Shown: positions 1 to 13,974, counted from the first letter of the stretch. The stretch: DNA of 64,000 nucleotides from Octopus sinensis (GCF_006345805.1 NC_043015.1:496001-560000); one strand, 5' to 3'. Notes: generated from the letters alone by a model not told the origin. Made by a program: numbers and translations.

Positions 1-355
1 ATCGGTTTTCGTTCCGGCAAGTGGTATTGAGTTCTGCACTTTGACATGTTCTCAAATCGTTTAATCTTCAAGCGTTTTCTACATGTGGACGTTCATTGAT
101 AGGCTAATGTGTGCCATATTTATTATTACTAGGCTAGTGACTGTCGAATCTTTTTTCGTTATCTGCACCATTCATATTATATTACAGTCTCGATTGTCAT
201 TTTTTTTAAAACTCTAGATTACAGAGGATAAAATAAAAGGCATACATGTATGTATAAATAAATAAACCTATATATATATATATATATACGAATATATTAC
301 GTGGGAAATTTTGACTATTGCTGCAGCCACCTGCAGTTACATCCAGAATAAGAGA

Positions 356-391
<36 letters not shown>

Positions 392-590
392 ACTGTGAGA
401 TACAAGAGAGGGTGAAGATTCTCCTTAAGGAGAAAGAACAGCATCAGAGTTTAAAAATAGTGGTGCTCTTATTTTCACTGTATTGATAGTGTTTTATGTA
501 GGAGTGTGCTGTGCTTAGTAGTGCTATTTTCTAAGGCCTGGTGTTTTTCTTATGTATATATACATATATACATACATATACACAGGCATT

Positions 591-627
<37 letters not shown>

Positions 628-890
628 GTATGTGTGTGAGTCTATAATATATATATAAGTGTATATGTATGTTATATGTATATATGTAACATATATATAT
701 AATATATATTAAATATATATATATAATATACATATATACACACATATATATGTATATAAATATGTATATATATACACATATATATCTACCTATATATATG
801 GATCTCTCTCTCTCTCTCCCTATATATTATACTACATGAATATAAAATTACTTTGTACGTACATATACAATATGTAAAAGTTAATATATA

Positions 891-921
<31 letters not shown>

Positions 922-1462
922 CGTATATTTATGTACGTGTATGCAAGTATCCATACACATAAAATACACACAGCCATACAATTATACATAATCATACACA
1001 TATCTATACAGTAATATACACAGATACACAGGCGAATCATTAATTTTTTTTAAATGATTCAAACGGCACGTGATGTAACAATATTTCCCTAGAGTACAGA
1101 GCAGCAAAAATGAATAGGTTTCACATAAAACGTATTAGATTCTAATAAGCATCTTCTTCTGTGTAACTTTGTAAAATAAAAGCAAATCTCTCCAAATAAG
1201 ATTAGGCGATTTGCAGTTGGAATAGCATTAATATTCCTTTGCGGTAATGCTAGCCTTTTTACTGCTCTTTTACCATTCTTTTAAATTTGTTCCGTATTTA
1301 TTTTCAAATGTTTTGAATTCTTTGTTTGCAATAAACGAGATCATGTACATGTTAGATGTGCGCATATCTGCTCATGAGAATAAATGTCTATATATATATC
1401 TATAAGTACTTATATACATAAACATACATACACTAATACCTACCTACATACATATATATATG

Positions 1463-1501
<39 letters not shown>

Positions 1502-2287
1502 CACACGCACACACACATATATATATATATGTGTATATATGTATATATTTACACACATATATATATATATATATATATACATACACACATACAGCATATA
1601 CATGCACACATACACACATACACACATACACACTTATAAATATAAATATATGGAGGTGGGGATGAAGGTATGTATGTATAGGTACGGATGTATAAACGAT
1701 TTATATATATAAGCTGAAAATGCACGGTTTCCATGTATTTTTCAAAGTATATAAGCGTATATATATGTGTGTATGCATCTGTAATTGTGTACGCCTGTGT
1801 ATATCTGAGTATACCTACATACATACATACATACATACATACATACATACATACATACATACATGCATACATATATATCTGTGTGTGTGTGTGTGTTTAT
1901 GTATGGAAAAGATGTGCATATACATACATATATATACACACACAGATGTATAGATGTATACACATACATAATTCTATGTGTGTAGTTTTAGGTGTGGTGT
2001 GTGTGTGTCTATTTATGTGTATATATGTGGGAGTGTATGCAAACAAGTACATATTCATGCATATACATACCTTTACACAAGCCCATTGATTACGAACATG
2101 TACATATACGCTGTGTGATGAGTATTTTAATCTTCCATTTGTATTTTATGAAAGTTCCAATATAACTTTACCGTGTGATTTTCACACGTCTTCGCTGATT
2201 AATAAACGTGTGCACACAGAAACCGAATAAACCAATGCACCCACACACATTCACAAAAACACAGACATACATACACAGTGAGGCACG

Positions 2288-2320
<33 letters not shown>

Positions 2321-2419
2321 GCAAACACAGACTAGGACACACGTACGTAGTCATGCGTTTACATGAACCAACCATTCTCACTGATGTTTGTCTTGATATC
2401 CCGAATATTATATATGCAT

Positions 2420-2515
2420 ACATGTGTGTGTTTCAGTGTGTGTCTGCATGTGTTTGTCCTTGATTGCATGTGTATGTGTGTGTGTGTGTTGTGTCTGTGT
2501 GTGTTTGCGCGCGTG

Positions 2516-2546
<31 letters not shown>

Positions 2547-2766
2547 ATGTTTGCGTGTGTGTGTGTCTGTGTGCTTGTGTTTGCGTGTGTGTGTGTGTTT
2601 GCATGTTTGTGTGTGTGTGTGTGTGCCTGTGTGTGTGTGTTTGCGTGTGTGTGTGTGTTTCTGTGTGTGTGTGTGTGTGTGTTTGCGTGTGTGTGTGTGT
2701 GTGTGTGTTTGTGTGTGTATGTGTGTGTGTTTGCGTGTGTGTGTGTGCGTGTGTGTGTGTGTTTGT

Positions 2767-2838
<72 letters not shown>

Positions 2839-2840
2839 TT
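2420..2840. repeat. Long interrupted (GT)n microsatellite
   Basis: About 420 bp of GT dinucleotide with TT/GC interruptions; source of the CVCV/THTH ORFs. Confidence 0.95.
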
Positions 2841-2887
2841 ATGAGTGTACCATTTGTCATTTGATAAGTGTGATACATCCTTTTCAG

Positions 2888-2914
2888 GCGCGGGTGATTT
2901 AATAAATCAAGAAC
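2888..2914 (+). CDS. Candidate 27-nt microexon (xAGDLINQEx, phase 1-1)
   Basis: ccttttcag|GCGCGGGTGATTTAATAAATCAAGAAC|gtaagt; strong donor, frame-preserving length, one open frame. No expression or homology support. Confidence 0.25.
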
Positions 2915-3094
2915 GTAAGTTGTACGGTATTTGATATATCTGTATTCGTTTGTATTAATCATATACATGACTTCAGTCCCTCTTGGCCTCTCTTCTTCTT
3001 ATTCCATTTATATTTTAGATTTGTATTTGACACACACAGACAGAACAGACAGACACACGCACACACACACACATACACACATACACACGCACAC

Positions 3095-3144
<50 letters not shown>

Positions 3145-3852
3145 GCGACACTTGCCTGGTTCGGCTGCTCTACATTGATAAGGGGCAAATACCCTGAAAC
3201 TAGACTATGGTTGCCAGAGCGGCAAGGAGAAGTGGCTGACCGCCCCTGTTCGAACGTTTTAATGGACACAGGTTCGTGTGTCACATAGCTAGCTCGAGGC
3301 GATGGCCTCTTGGAGCTATTCAACGGCAGCATTCGTCCTATTTTTCTGGACTGCCATGACAATGGCAAATATTTCCGATATATTACGTTTATATGTTTTG
3401 ATCACTGCTTTCGATTTGAAGAAGTGGTTTAAAATATTAGTCCTTTTATGTGTTTCGAGTATTTTACAATTGTCATTTCTGTACACTAATTTATATTTAA
3501 GACTGTCTAAATCCCTTTTTTCATGTTGTCTGTCGAGATACATATCTCGAGAGTTCACGACGACTCGGATTTCAGTCTATTTCCTCAGGCATCAGTATGC
3601 TTGATCTAGCGAATATCTAAGACGATGAGACTGGCAGATATGGCCTTATTGGTTTTGTTTTTCATTTTATTATCTAACCTCGTGTCATTCGATGGCTCAG
3701 TTCATATTCCACTGCTTGTACACGTTTGTCTTTTTGTTTTATTTTTATAGTGTCACACTCTACCAGATACGTATCAGATGTATACCAACGCAGAAATATC
3801 AATCTTCTGGCGAATACATTTTCTCTCGCTTCATATTATACTCACTAATGTC

Positions 3853-4251
3853 TTACTCTTTACTCTCTTTTACTTGTTTCAGTCATTTGACTGCGGCCAT
3901 GCTGGAGCACCGCCTTTAATCGAGCAACTCGACCCCGGGACTTATTCTTTGTAAGCCCAGTACTTATTCTATCGGTCCCTTTTGCCGAGCCGCTAAGTTA
4001 CGGGGACGTAAACACACAAGCATCGGTTGTCAAGCAACGCTAGGGGAACAAACACAGACACACATACATATATATATACATATATACGACAGGCTTCTTT
4101 CAGTTTCCGTCTACCAAATCCACTCACAAGGCATTGGTCGGCCCGGGGCTATAGCAGAAGACACTAGCCCAAGATGCCACGCAGTGGGACTGAACCCGGA
4201 ACCCGGAACCATGTGGCTGGTTAGCAAGCTACTTACCACACAGCCACTCCT
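3853..4251 (-). mobile_element. tRNA-derived SINE, family B (internal microsatellite, (AAGAGTA)n tail; octopus OK/OR-like)
   Basis: Matches copies at 41401, 44318, 47055, 50400 and 60102: head ggagtggctgtgtggtaag, central (TA)/(TG) tract, 3' gcggtgctccagcatggccgcagtcaaatgactgaaacaagtaaaagag. Confidence 0.9.
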
Positions 4252-4617
4252 CTTACACACTTTTTTTTCACAACAGGTCTTTCTGTTACGAGGATGCAGT
4301 TGTGAATCGGTATACAGCTGGAAAAGAGATGTTTTCCTAGGGTTAAAAAAAAATGTAGTAACAACGTCCTAAGAAGGTCTGCCAATTTACGTTGGCAAAA
4401 AGATTTTACTCTATATTTGCATACATGCATACGTATATACATAAACACACACACACCACAACACACACACACACACACACACACGCATACACACACGTAT
4501 ATCCCTCCCATCTACATAATTATATGTTATATATATAATATATATATATTATATATATATATTATATATAATATATAGATATACATATATGTGTATATAT
4601 ATATATATGTGTGTGTG

Positions 4618-4648
<31 letters not shown>

Positions 4649-4692
4649 GTACATATATATACATATATATATATGTAACAATTTATATATAC

Positions 4693-4740
<48 letters not shown>

Positions 4741-5094
4741 ATGTATATATATATTATATATATATATATATATATCTATAATATATATATATATATAGAT
4801 AGATACTTATACATATATATATATATATATTTATTAATATATATATATTTATATAATTATGTGTGTGCTTGAATAGGCATGAATAATCTAGCACACACAC
4901 GCCCTCACACATTATTATACACACCCACGTTGTATATATGTGTGTGTACGTACGCATGCTGATTATTGTCATGCTCTAATTAAGCTAAGATAATATTTTT
5001 GGGTCGTCAAGAGTTTTCTAATATTATGTTTTCCTCTCATTAGTTTCATTACATTTTAGGAAATATAAGGTGAGGAAAAAGTTGGTGACGATAC

Positions 5095-5140
5095 TGCTGC
5101 TGCTGCTACTACTACTACTACTACTGCTACTACTACTACT

Positions 5141-5185
<45 letters not shown>

Positions 5186-5246
5186 CACCGCCACCACTGC
5201 CATCAGCAATACCACCGCCACCACCACTGCCGCTGCTGCTACTACA

Positions 5247-5332
<86 letters not shown>

Positions 5333-5345
5333 CGTTGCTTGTGCT
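5095..5345. repeat. Compound (CTA)n/(CCA)n/(CTG)n trinucleotide array
   Basis: Direct reading; explains the poly-T/poly-V/poly-L ORFs. Confidence 0.95.
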
Positions 5346-6741
5346 GCTACTACTACCACTGCTATTACTACCTATGTTACCACCACTACTGTCTCTGTTG
5401 CTACTGCTTCTACTACCACCACTACACTATTTTTTTCTACTACTACTAGTAGTACTAGTAGTGCCTAGTGCTAGTGCTACAGCTGCTGCTGCTGCTACTA
5501 TAAATAACAACAACAACAGCAATCATTCCTGTTACTAGCCACAAGGGCTCAAGCCATTGAAGAGAATATAAATAGCTCTCAATAAAGCACGTAATGCAAT
5601 ATATGTTGGTTAAAGTGGTGAAAGCAATAAGCAAAATAAATGATGTAACAAAGGATGTGATACAAAATATAAGAATACTTTTTGTAGGAAAATCAAACAG
5701 AAAACATTGCCCAATAGTGAGAACTGAGGTAACGCAGTTAAAGTAATTCGATTGATGACCCACAAAAAAAGGCCCAGGTTTCTCTGCTGCCAAGTGTGCA
5801 TTCCCTGAAAATCTTTCCTCTTAATAGAAAAGTATTCTTAGGCTAGACTCACCTTTCTTGGCACAATCATGCGATTAAAAATTAAGAAAAAACTAGCAAT
5901 CAGCACTTTCTGTTCTCGTGTTCTTATTCAAGTGGTCGATGAAGAAGTTGGGGAAATGCATATTCTCATATCTTTTAAACGAGACCATCACGCTACTCCT
6001 TTCAATACCAACAACGGAGCAGAAACCACTTTCCTGCAAAAGTCATTTGGCGCATCACCCACCTTTCTCTCGCTAGGTGGACACTCGAAATCTAGACTTT
6101 TCCTGCTCCAGCTGTTCTTTCACACAAACCGACATATCGTCAAAGCATTTAAACTGCCCAGTTTGATGCAGGGAGTTTACCTCTCTCTGCACACACTCCT
6201 TTGTTTCAGTCGTTTCCGCCACCATGTGACTATAGCAGGTTATGGCTGCTTTTCGGTTTAACGACTATATCAAGGATTTTTGGGAAATTGTCCTTCTTCC
6301 TCGAACTGATATTCCAGGCGAGACTGCTCAGGTTCTACACATTGGTGCTCAGTAGCAATTTCAGGTTATCCTTACACATACACTCAACTAACACTATAAA
6401 AATCTATTTTTTTCCCGCTGATGGTCTTCTCCATGTGGGAGAGATGTGAGATGCTGCTAACATCCGTACACATACCGTATACTCCAAATAGGCATCCACT
6501 TCTCTTACAATAGCTACTGAGTCAAGGAAATGAGCAGCAAGGAAGACGTGTCGTCCGAAAGAAGCCGACGCTTCTTCGCTCTCACTATATTCGTTGTCGA
6601 CACCTTTGCTTTGGCGCAGATATATCTGCCGAGGCCCAGATTCTTCGATTATCGGAAAATTATAAAAGCTGCAATCTTGAGACCACCATGGGAAAGGTAT
6701 ATTTATGTACCACATGTTTGCATGCATTTCGATGGCAATTC

Positions 6742-7100
6742 TACAGGGTGATTGGAAAGTAACACCCTTTAAAAAACTACATATAAATTATATATTAATT
6801 GTAATTTTTTTCTCAAATATTTTGCGGTTGCGTTTTGAAGTATGAGAATTTAATGTGTAACCTGTAATGGCCGAATGTCAACTTCACATGGAGATGGGTG
6901 GATTCATCGTTGTCCACATGAGTGGCTAGACATGAGTCCCGACTAAACACCCAGTGACTGCTTTCTTTGGGGTTGGTTAAAGGAACAATTCTACTGTACC
7001 AAACCAAAGATCTTTGAAGAAATTGAAGGGCGAATACGAAAAGTTATGTCTTTCATCCCAAAAGTTCCTTCATCAGGTGTCTTGGGGAAGGCTGGAGGGT
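6742..7100 (+). mobile_element. Internally deleted Tc1/mariner-superfamily relic
   Basis: TA-CAGGGTG terminus at 6742; 6890-7060 translates GWIHRCPHEWLDMSPD*TPSDCFLWGWLKEQFYCTKPK, matching the WPxRSPDLTPxDFFLWG transposase C-terminal motif. Confidence 0.8.
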
Positions 7101-7961
7101 ATATCAGCTGAAAGGTTGTGTTAACAACAAAGAAGATCAAGACAAATATTCGGCAAAGATAAATAACTTAAATAATGTACATAATTCCTTATCTCTTAAA
7201 TATAGAACTGTTTTAGAATTACTTCCGAAAAATGGGTAATTTGGAAACAAATATTTTTTTATGATATTGCTCAAATACACATCAAGCTAACTATGATTCA
7301 TCATAATATACGGTAGAAATTCAGCAAATCTCTCCGACAAGGCGGTTTCCTCAAATACCAGACTAAGACCAAGTAGATGATCTGCTTCCCCTATGTAAAC
7401 TAGACCACTGTTTTTCGTATAAGGAGATTTTATTATATACGCTTCGATTATCATTTTAAGCCAAATTTGTATTTAGGTAATTTAGTAATTCAACAAATTT
7501 TCAACTTTATCCGTCTTTGAAAACAGGAAAAATACATAAAGAATTGTGTTATTTCAGATTGTGACATAAAATATTAATTGGCTCAACATCATTTAAATAT
7601 CGTGATATCCACAATTTTATAACATTAAAAAAAAGGTTTTTTTAGAAAAATTTCATTTACATTTCAAAATTAGTAATCATCATATACTTTCATATACATG
7701 TGTGTGTGTATGTGTGTATTGTAATATTTCAGAATGGTCACTTTTCCTGTGAAATAAACACAAGGCCCGTATATTTATTCTTAAATGTGTATGTATATTA
7801 TACATATATATTTGTGTGTATATGTAAACTATATGGAACTATTGAGAAATATTTATGAATGCGTGTATATATATATACTAGTAAATAATATGTGAGTATA
7901 CATGTATGCGTATATATGTACCTCTGTGTTTGTTGAGTAAGCATGTAAATACGTACATGCA

Positions 7962-7997
<36 letters not shown>

Positions 7998-8724
7998 TGC
8001 ATATATATATATGCATTTATATATATATGCATATGCATATGTATATACATACGTATATACATACATACATACACATTCACACACAAGCATACACATACAC
8101 ATATATATATATATATAATACATACATACTTTACACAGCCCGTCTTTGATCTGCTTAAAAATTATAAAGATAAATAAGTAAATGAAATAAACAAAATTAA
8201 AATGAAAGCCTATGCGACAAAAAAAAAAGTGGGGGCACAGAAAGTAAGTTGTGGGTCTGCATGTTTCGATGGTATGTTTTATCTCATTGCTTAGTCAGTC
8301 CTCCTTTCGTCCTTTTGATCAGGTGTATTGTACACTAAGGCAATAATTTGTTTCAATCTACTTGACACTTGAGCTTCTCACCGGGTTGGTTTTGAAGAGT
8401 ATTCGGCATCTCTTTTTTTTGAGCTTGACCTTTCTCTGATTGGGGTCAAGCATGGAATATAGTGTAGTCAGGCGAGTTAAAACTAAGGTAATTCGCTCAC
8501 CAAGTTTAAGCAAAAAAAATTAATCACATGTTGTTTGAAATATGCTGCGATTTTATTTATGTATTTATTTATTTCTTTTTCTTTTTTTTATTCACATATT
8601 TGTATATTTATTTATGTATTTATTTATTTATTTATTGATATATTTATTATTTTTACACGATGTATAATTCTATCTGAATTTACTGAAGCAGGTTTCACTT
8701 TGAACTCAACATGTGACAAATACA

Positions 8725-8850
8725 TTTTTTTCTTCTTCTTCTTCTTCTTCTTCTTCTTCTTCTTCTTCTTCTTCTTTTTCTTCTTCTTTTTCTTCTTCTT
8801 CTTCTTCTTCTTTTCTTCTCCTTCTTTTTTCTTTCTTCTTCTTTTTCTTC
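8725..8850. repeat. (CTT)n microsatellite followed by (CAC)/(GAT)-rich low complexity
   Basis: Direct reading; explains the poly-F/poly-K ORFs. Confidence 0.95.
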
Positions 8851-9181
8851 TTCTCATCACGATCATAAACAACGTCGTCGTCGTCACCACCACCACCTTC
8901 ATGATGATCATGATGATGATCACCATCATCATCACTAGCACATCCACCACCACCACCACCACCACCACTAGTACGTCCACTACCACCGCCATCACCACTA
9001 TCTTTATTAGTATTTCGGTAGCATTCTTCTTTACCTTATTAAACATATCCATCAAACTTTTTTAAATGCATATATTTTTCTGACTTCATTCTACGACTGC
9101 GTATGTGTGTTTAATTTGCGTGCGAGTTTGTGTATACTGTATGTATATGCTAAAACAAGCCCCTGCTCCCTCGACGGATAT

Positions 9182-9213
<32 letters not shown>

Positions 9214-9389
9214 GTTATCTTTTACTTGTTTCAGTAATTGGACTTGACCATGCTGGGGCACATCCTTGAAGTTTCCCGCATTTAGACTCAACCCGAAGTA
9301 AGGTACGAGTGTGGGCTGACTATGAAAAAGTGGTGCTAGAGAAAAGAAGTCTTGCATGCATTAATTACAACTCACCTTATGAATAACTC

Positions 9390-10440
9390 CATCGTTTCTT
9401 TGCAGGTAAACTGACATCTGAGTGTTCAAACAAGAAATCAAATATAACAAGAAGCGATCTCTCTTGAATATGGACAAAATTTGTCATCGTGCTTTTAACA
9501 TGTACCCGAAGAGCAATGGTTTAATCCCCAAAGATAGTCATGGTGACATGATTGCTCCTTTAGGAGGGGAAAGGAGATCCTTGAAGATGAACCAACGTCT
9601 GGTGGTCCTGAAACTGCCACCACTGAAGAAAGCATTGATCGTGTTCACTTCATTATGATGATGACTGGTGACTGATTATAGATCAAATAGCTAGTGCTAT
9701 TTTCATATCATTTTTGAGAGTTGAGGATGTTCTGTTTTACAAATTTGGCATGATGAAGGTTTCTGCTCAATCGCTGCCACATCTTCAGACACCAAACCAA
9801 AAGCGCACCAGGCTGTTTGAACGTTTCCTAACCCAGGATGAGTGTTAGCTCATCGCTTCGTGTCAGAGACAAAAGCCCGAATGATTCAGTAGAAACACCC
9901 TTCCTCACCTGTCAAAGAAGTCCAAGGTCGTTTAGCCTGCAGGGAAGTCGATGGCTTCAGTTTTATCGGATGTAGAAGGCATTGTGTTTATTGACTATCT
10001 TAAAAATATCCTCACCATCAGTGGAGAATACTATGCCACCTTGCTGATGCAGTTATGAAAAACTAGCAACACAAAATGCCTTTGAAAACTGAGAAAAAAA
10101 GGGTCTTGTTTCATCAGAATAATGTTCCCGCATTCAAGTCTTTGTTTTGAAAGGTTGTTATACGTGTCTGTGTCTTTGAACAATTTGGTCACTTTCCCTA
10201 TTCTGATCTGAACCCATATGACTATGTTTTGTTCACCAACATGAAGAAAAACTTGATTGGAAACCAGGATTGCAGTGACGATAGCCTCACGTCTGATGTT
10301 TATGTTTTTTTTCTTTCACCAGTAGGATGAATGCCTGTTCACCAATGGGATCTGAGGACTGCAGAACCGATGAAAGAACTGCGTGAACTGCAGTATCGAC
10401 TATGTTTAAAAATAAACCTCATTTGGTCACAGTACATGAG
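9390..10440 (+). mobile_element. Near full-length decayed mariner (D,D34D) transposon
   Basis: Broken frames give MDKICHRA, LEDEPTSGGPETATTEESIDRVH, GMMKVSA, FLTQDEC, AGKSMASV..GIVFIDYL, GEYYATLL, VLFHQNN(D>N), HFPYS-DLNPYDY, DYV*. 33 residues lie between catalytic D2 and D3, or 34 with the missing Pro of YSPDL restored. Confidence 0.9.
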
Positions 10441-10589
10441 AGTACCTTGGCCAGTGAGTTTCATAACCACACATTAAGAAAATTATATTTACCGTTTTCT
10501 TTACTTCTTTCTTTCATTTCCTAACAATGTACATGAAACACAATATTTTACGTTATGTATGAAGTGTTTTCCAGAATGTTCAAGAATTT

Positions 10590-10713
10590 TTCGAGACATG
10601 GTTTCAATTGTCCTTTAAGTATATCCTTAATATGCGTCTAACAAGCTGACCTGTCAACATTTTGTTGCAGATTGAGGGAGACATCTGCAACAGCATTTTG
10701 AACACACCCTACT
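10590..10713 (+). mobile_element. 3' end of a second Tc1/mariner element
   Basis: gagggagacatctgcaacagcattttgaacacacccta resembles the GGHxQHxL* end plus a TTTGAACACACCCT(G)TA right TIR. Confidence 0.5.
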
Positions 10714-10774
10714 AAACACCACTTTCACTAGTTTGAAGACTGCAGTGGGGAGGTGAAGAAAATTTGAAGAATGG

Positions 10775-10950
10775 CGATGCAATAAAGCTTCGCATTCAAC
10801 TAGGCATAAACGTATGAAATGCTCCAGACTGCCTATGGATTGACTGCTATGTTTCTCGCTGGTGCAAGAGTTTCAAGTACAGGTGAGACGTTTGAGAAAG
10901 AGAAGGGCGTCAGGATATCAGAGTAGGATGAGAAAAGTTGCAATTTTCTG
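10775..10950 (+). mobile_element. Mariner transposase N-terminal (HTH) fragment
   Basis: Frameshifted LGINxxxxYEMLQTAYG..SRWCKSFK, matching the mariner KLGKxAxETxxMLxxAYG..xWxKxFK motif. Confidence 0.6.
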
Positions 10951-10954
10951 AACG

Positions 10955-11055
10955 AAGACCGAAGCTATAGAAAAAGGCGCTTGACAAAGGAACTATACAG
11001 TGGGACTGAACCCAGAACCATGTGGTAGAGAAGAAAAATCCTTACCACACAGCCT
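10955..11055 (-). mobile_element. SINE family B head fragment
   Basis: cagtgggactgaacccagaaccatgtggt...cttaccacacagcc, the reverse complement of the family B head. Confidence 0.7.
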
Positions 11056-11069
11056 TGTCCTAGTTATAA

Positions 11070-11335
11070 TATTCTCAAAGGATGTAGTGTTGGAGTTTGG
11101 TCCGGATAAATGTTGTGATATGTTTGTGAAAAGGGGGAAAACTATAAACCAGACGAGTAACATCTCTATCAATGATTTGACTGTTTCTCCTGAACCTGAC
11201 GAGGAATTTTACAGGTATCTAGAGTTGAATGAAAATATATCATACAATGGCCCCTGTAACAAAAGACGTGTAACCTAAGAATATTACAGCCGAATAAAGA
11301 ATATTTGGACCTCAGAACTCTCTGCATATAGTACA
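11070..11335 (+). mobile_element. R4/Dong-clade non-LTR retrotransposon RT fragment
   Basis: SKDVVLEFGPDKCCDMFVKRGK...FYRYLELNE...*EYYSRIKNIWTSELSA matches the R4/Dong pattern DIGMEFGLDKC..KRGK..YKYLG..EY..R.K.I..SEL. Confidence 0.75.
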
Positions 11336-11408
11336 TGAGAATGCATGGATAAAACATAAATCTATCATAAATAGATGTATAGAGAATACATAGATTAAAC
11401 ATATGCAC

Positions 11409-11515
<107 letters not shown>

Positions 11516-12439
11516 TATCTGTGCATTTGTCTAATTTTCTGGTCGTCTTACGATGAGTGTATCCTCCCCTCTCTCTCTCTCGTTCTTTCTCCATACAAAT
11601 ACACACACACATGTACATATATATTACATGTCTGTACATATTTTTTATGAATTCGTGCATATACATAAATAGATACGCGTGTGTATGAATGTATATGTAC
11701 ACACACACACACGCACACACATATATATATATAAGTATGTATAATATATATATATATTTATATGTACATACCTTTATAAAGCCGAATATACATAAGTGTA
11801 CGTGTATGTGTATGTGTGGTATATGTACATGTATTTATAAATGTATATATGCGTATGTGCGCTTGTGTGTGCGCTAGTGTGTCTGTCTGTGAGTCTGTCT
11901 CTCTGTTTGCATGCGTGCATGCATGTGTGTATGTTCCCGTGTCTGTCTCTCTATGTGTATGCATGTGTGTGTGTGTGTGTGTGTGTGTATTTGCGCGCGC
12001 GTCTACAATCACACAATCTTTTTATTTGATGTAAGAGACAAAATTAAAACACCTGGTGCGCCGCAAGGTATTTCATTACACTAACGAGGCTAATGGCCTT
12101 GGGACACCTCGAAAGAAACCTCCCTCCCTCCCTCCCTCCTTCCCTCACAAAGTCACACATATATATATATATATTATATGTCATAGACTTCGCGTATACT
12201 CGGCCAAACCAACTGGAAAGTACTCAGTAAACACTACTTACATTATTCGTCGTTTATGTTCATATTACTCTCATATTTTTATTTATTAATTTTTTTCGTT
12301 CAACTGTCTTTTCATATATTTTTTAGGTAGATCAGTAGAGTTATATATCAATAAGTAGTACATTTCTCTCTCTCCCTCCTTCACCCTCTCTCTCTTACTC
12401 TTTCTGTCTATTTTTCCCTCAATGTGTCTTTCAATCTCC

Positions 12440-12512
<73 letters not shown>

Positions 12513-12813
12513 AATCTATCTATCTATCTGACAATCTATCTTCCTGTATTTATCCATCAATCTTTCTCTCTACCTATTTATCACTGGCACACACACACAC
12601 ACATACTCTCTCTCTCTATCTCTCTCTCTCTATCTCTCTCTCTCTGTCTGTCTCTCTTTCTATATATATATATGTTTATATATTTATCTATCTTATATAT
12701 CCATCCATCTGTACATCTATCCAGCCCTCTATTGATCCATCCATCCATCCATCCATCCAACTATTCAGCTCTCTATCAATCCATCCATCCATCCATCCAT
12801 CCATCTATCTATA

Positions 12814-12909
<96 letters not shown>

Positions 12910-12910
12910 C
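12440..12910. repeat. Compound (TATC)n/(CT)n/(CCAT)n/(TATC)n microsatellite
   Basis: Direct reading; explains the IYLS-repeat ORFs. Confidence 0.95.
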
Positions 12911-13089
12911 CATTCAATCGCAGAAAATCCAGTTGAAATCTTGTGACTATGGCATTTATCGAAGTAAAATTCTGCGTCTAGAGCTATCCTCATATTCCGG
13001 AACAATCAGAACAAAGATTCCTTTAAAATCACATCAAATTCGTGATTTAATATTTCTTCTTTTCGTTCGGCTTTAGCCTCAGTACTCAC

Positions 13090-13148
13090 CCATTGACTTG
13101 TCGTATCACTGTACAGCGACACAGCGACAGGGCTTATATCAAGAACAT
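13090..13148 (-). CDS. Candidate 59-nt exon (xVLDISPVAVSLYSDTTSQW)
   Basis: Minus strand tgtcctccttttctag|...caatgg|gtgagt; only the phase-1 frame is open. Unverified. Confidence 0.25.
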
Positions 13149-13514
13149 CTAGAAAAGGAGGACATTATACAAACAAAGCTATTCTGGTGCCTGTCGAGAA
13201 ATCCTTACCACATGGGAAAGGTATGCAATCAATGGGAAAGGTATGCAAATGGGAAAGGTATGCAATCAAAAATCAGGAAAGTTTAGAAATACATAAACGA
13301 ACCCGAAGAACCAAATTCACGCTAAGCAGATTTAAAAGAACTGGCATCAGGTCAATATCAGAATAAACTTGCATCAGAATCAAATCTATGGAGTGAAGAT
13401 ATGAAAGATGAAACCTTCATGATAGCAACATGAAATTATTAAAGTTTCTACTGACACAAACATCAGTTTCAGTTTGGATGCAAAATCTATTATTAAAACA
13501 TTATATATATCCCA

Positions 13515-13895
13515 TTTATGTCTTTCGATCACTGGACTACGGCCATGCTGATACACCGCATTGAAAGATGTAGTCGAGCAAATTGCTCTTAATATTTATT
13601 AAGATTTGGTACTTATTCTAGCGGTCTGTTTTATTGAATCACAAAGTTTCGGGTACGGAGAGAGAGACCAACAGCGGGTGTCATGCGATGGTGGGTCGCA
13701 TAACACACAGATACATGTGCACACACGCATACACACGAATATGCATAAAAAACAGCTCAAAAACCCCTCCCTACTTCTCCGTGACTTAGAGGTTCGGCAA
13801 TATAAACCAATAGAATAAGTACTTGGGATCGATTTGTTCGACTAAGACGGCCTCCAACATGGCCACTATCAAGTGACTGAAACAAGCAAAAGAAA
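13515..13895. mobile_element. Two degenerate SINE family B 3' portions in opposite orientation
   Basis: 13515-13730 is a decayed minus-strand 3' half; 13760-13895 is a plus-strand 3' half (gatcgatttgttcgactaag...gactgaaacaag). Confidence 0.6.
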
Positions 13896-13917
13896 ATAAA
13901 GCAATATATATGTGTGG

Positions 13918-13974
<57 letters not shown>

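Noticed and set aside
9380-9421. Well-formed 42-nt minus-strand exon (MSVYLQRNDGVIHK)
   Set aside because: Lies within the mariner 5' region; it shows how easily such splice-flanked segments arise by chance.
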